In this document: positions 63,701 to 64,000 of the stretch, in pieces
How positions within the stretch are numbered: position 1 is the stretch's first letter
Layout of the letters: each line of letters opens with the position of its first letter
Assembly (NCBI GenBank): GCA_963924565.1
Contig: OZ004607.1
Location: 12,834,001-12,898,000, forward strand
Source of the DNA: Ascidiella aspersa
Lineage: Eukaryota
DNA: 64,000 nt
Reading direction: 5' to 3'
Position numbers and translations under genes: made by a program
Notes under the pieces: model-generated
Database searches by the model: none
What the model was told of the DNA's origin: nothing
The model's input: the letters and a program-made list of their open reading frames with translations, nothing else

Positions 63701-64000
63701 TGTTTAACGTACACGATGGAAAAAATTCATCACTCTACATCTATGCCTATTAATTTGGATATTTGCACTGGTGTTTTACCAATTTTTATTAAGAATGGTT
63801 TAATCTTGTTTTGAAACAAATCCGGTCAGCTGGGTTGTGGTGTTTCAGTGCAGACGACGTTTAATTCGCCTTTGCCAATTGTACAAACGACCTTGTTATT
63901 GCGGTGAATTCTATCGCCACCTTGCGGATTACATAATTCTGCGATTTCGTCAATTTATATAAAATATTTTAGTGGAATTTTATGCCTAAGCTCCAACAGA

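Noticed and set aside
1-64000. tRNA, rRNA, SL RNA genes or an autonomous transposase
   Set aside because: None recognised by eye; a covariance-model search (tRNAscan-SE/Infernal) would be needed to exclude them.

Overview
AT-rich, compact, intron-containing animal genomic DNA. It is probably an invertebrate chordate such as an ascidian; this is inferred from vertebrate-type BCL9 homology blocks, short introns, an operon-like gene run and mosaic CpG depletion. Seven complete protein-coding genes can be assembled by hand with GT-AG introns: C16orf89-like (-), EFCAB11 (-, intronless CDS), SMC6 (-, intronless CDS), BCL9/legless (+, 15 coding exons, ~1880 aa), ceramide kinase (-, 2 coding exons), NOXRED1 (+) and C2orf73/CIMIP6-like (-). 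The probable 3' end of an unidentified + strand gene lies at the left edge. SMC6-EFCAB11-C16orf89 look like a trans-spliced polycistronic unit, with unpaired AG acceptors before each start and an AATAAA 19 nt from the EFCAB11 acceptor. Non-coding DNA is rich in non-autonomous elements: many hAT MITEs with perfect 8-bp TSDs (including three-level nesting), a non-autonomous Helitron, and a GGCGCT-ended foldback family with telomere-like repeats. Gene identities come from recalled motifs, not database searches.
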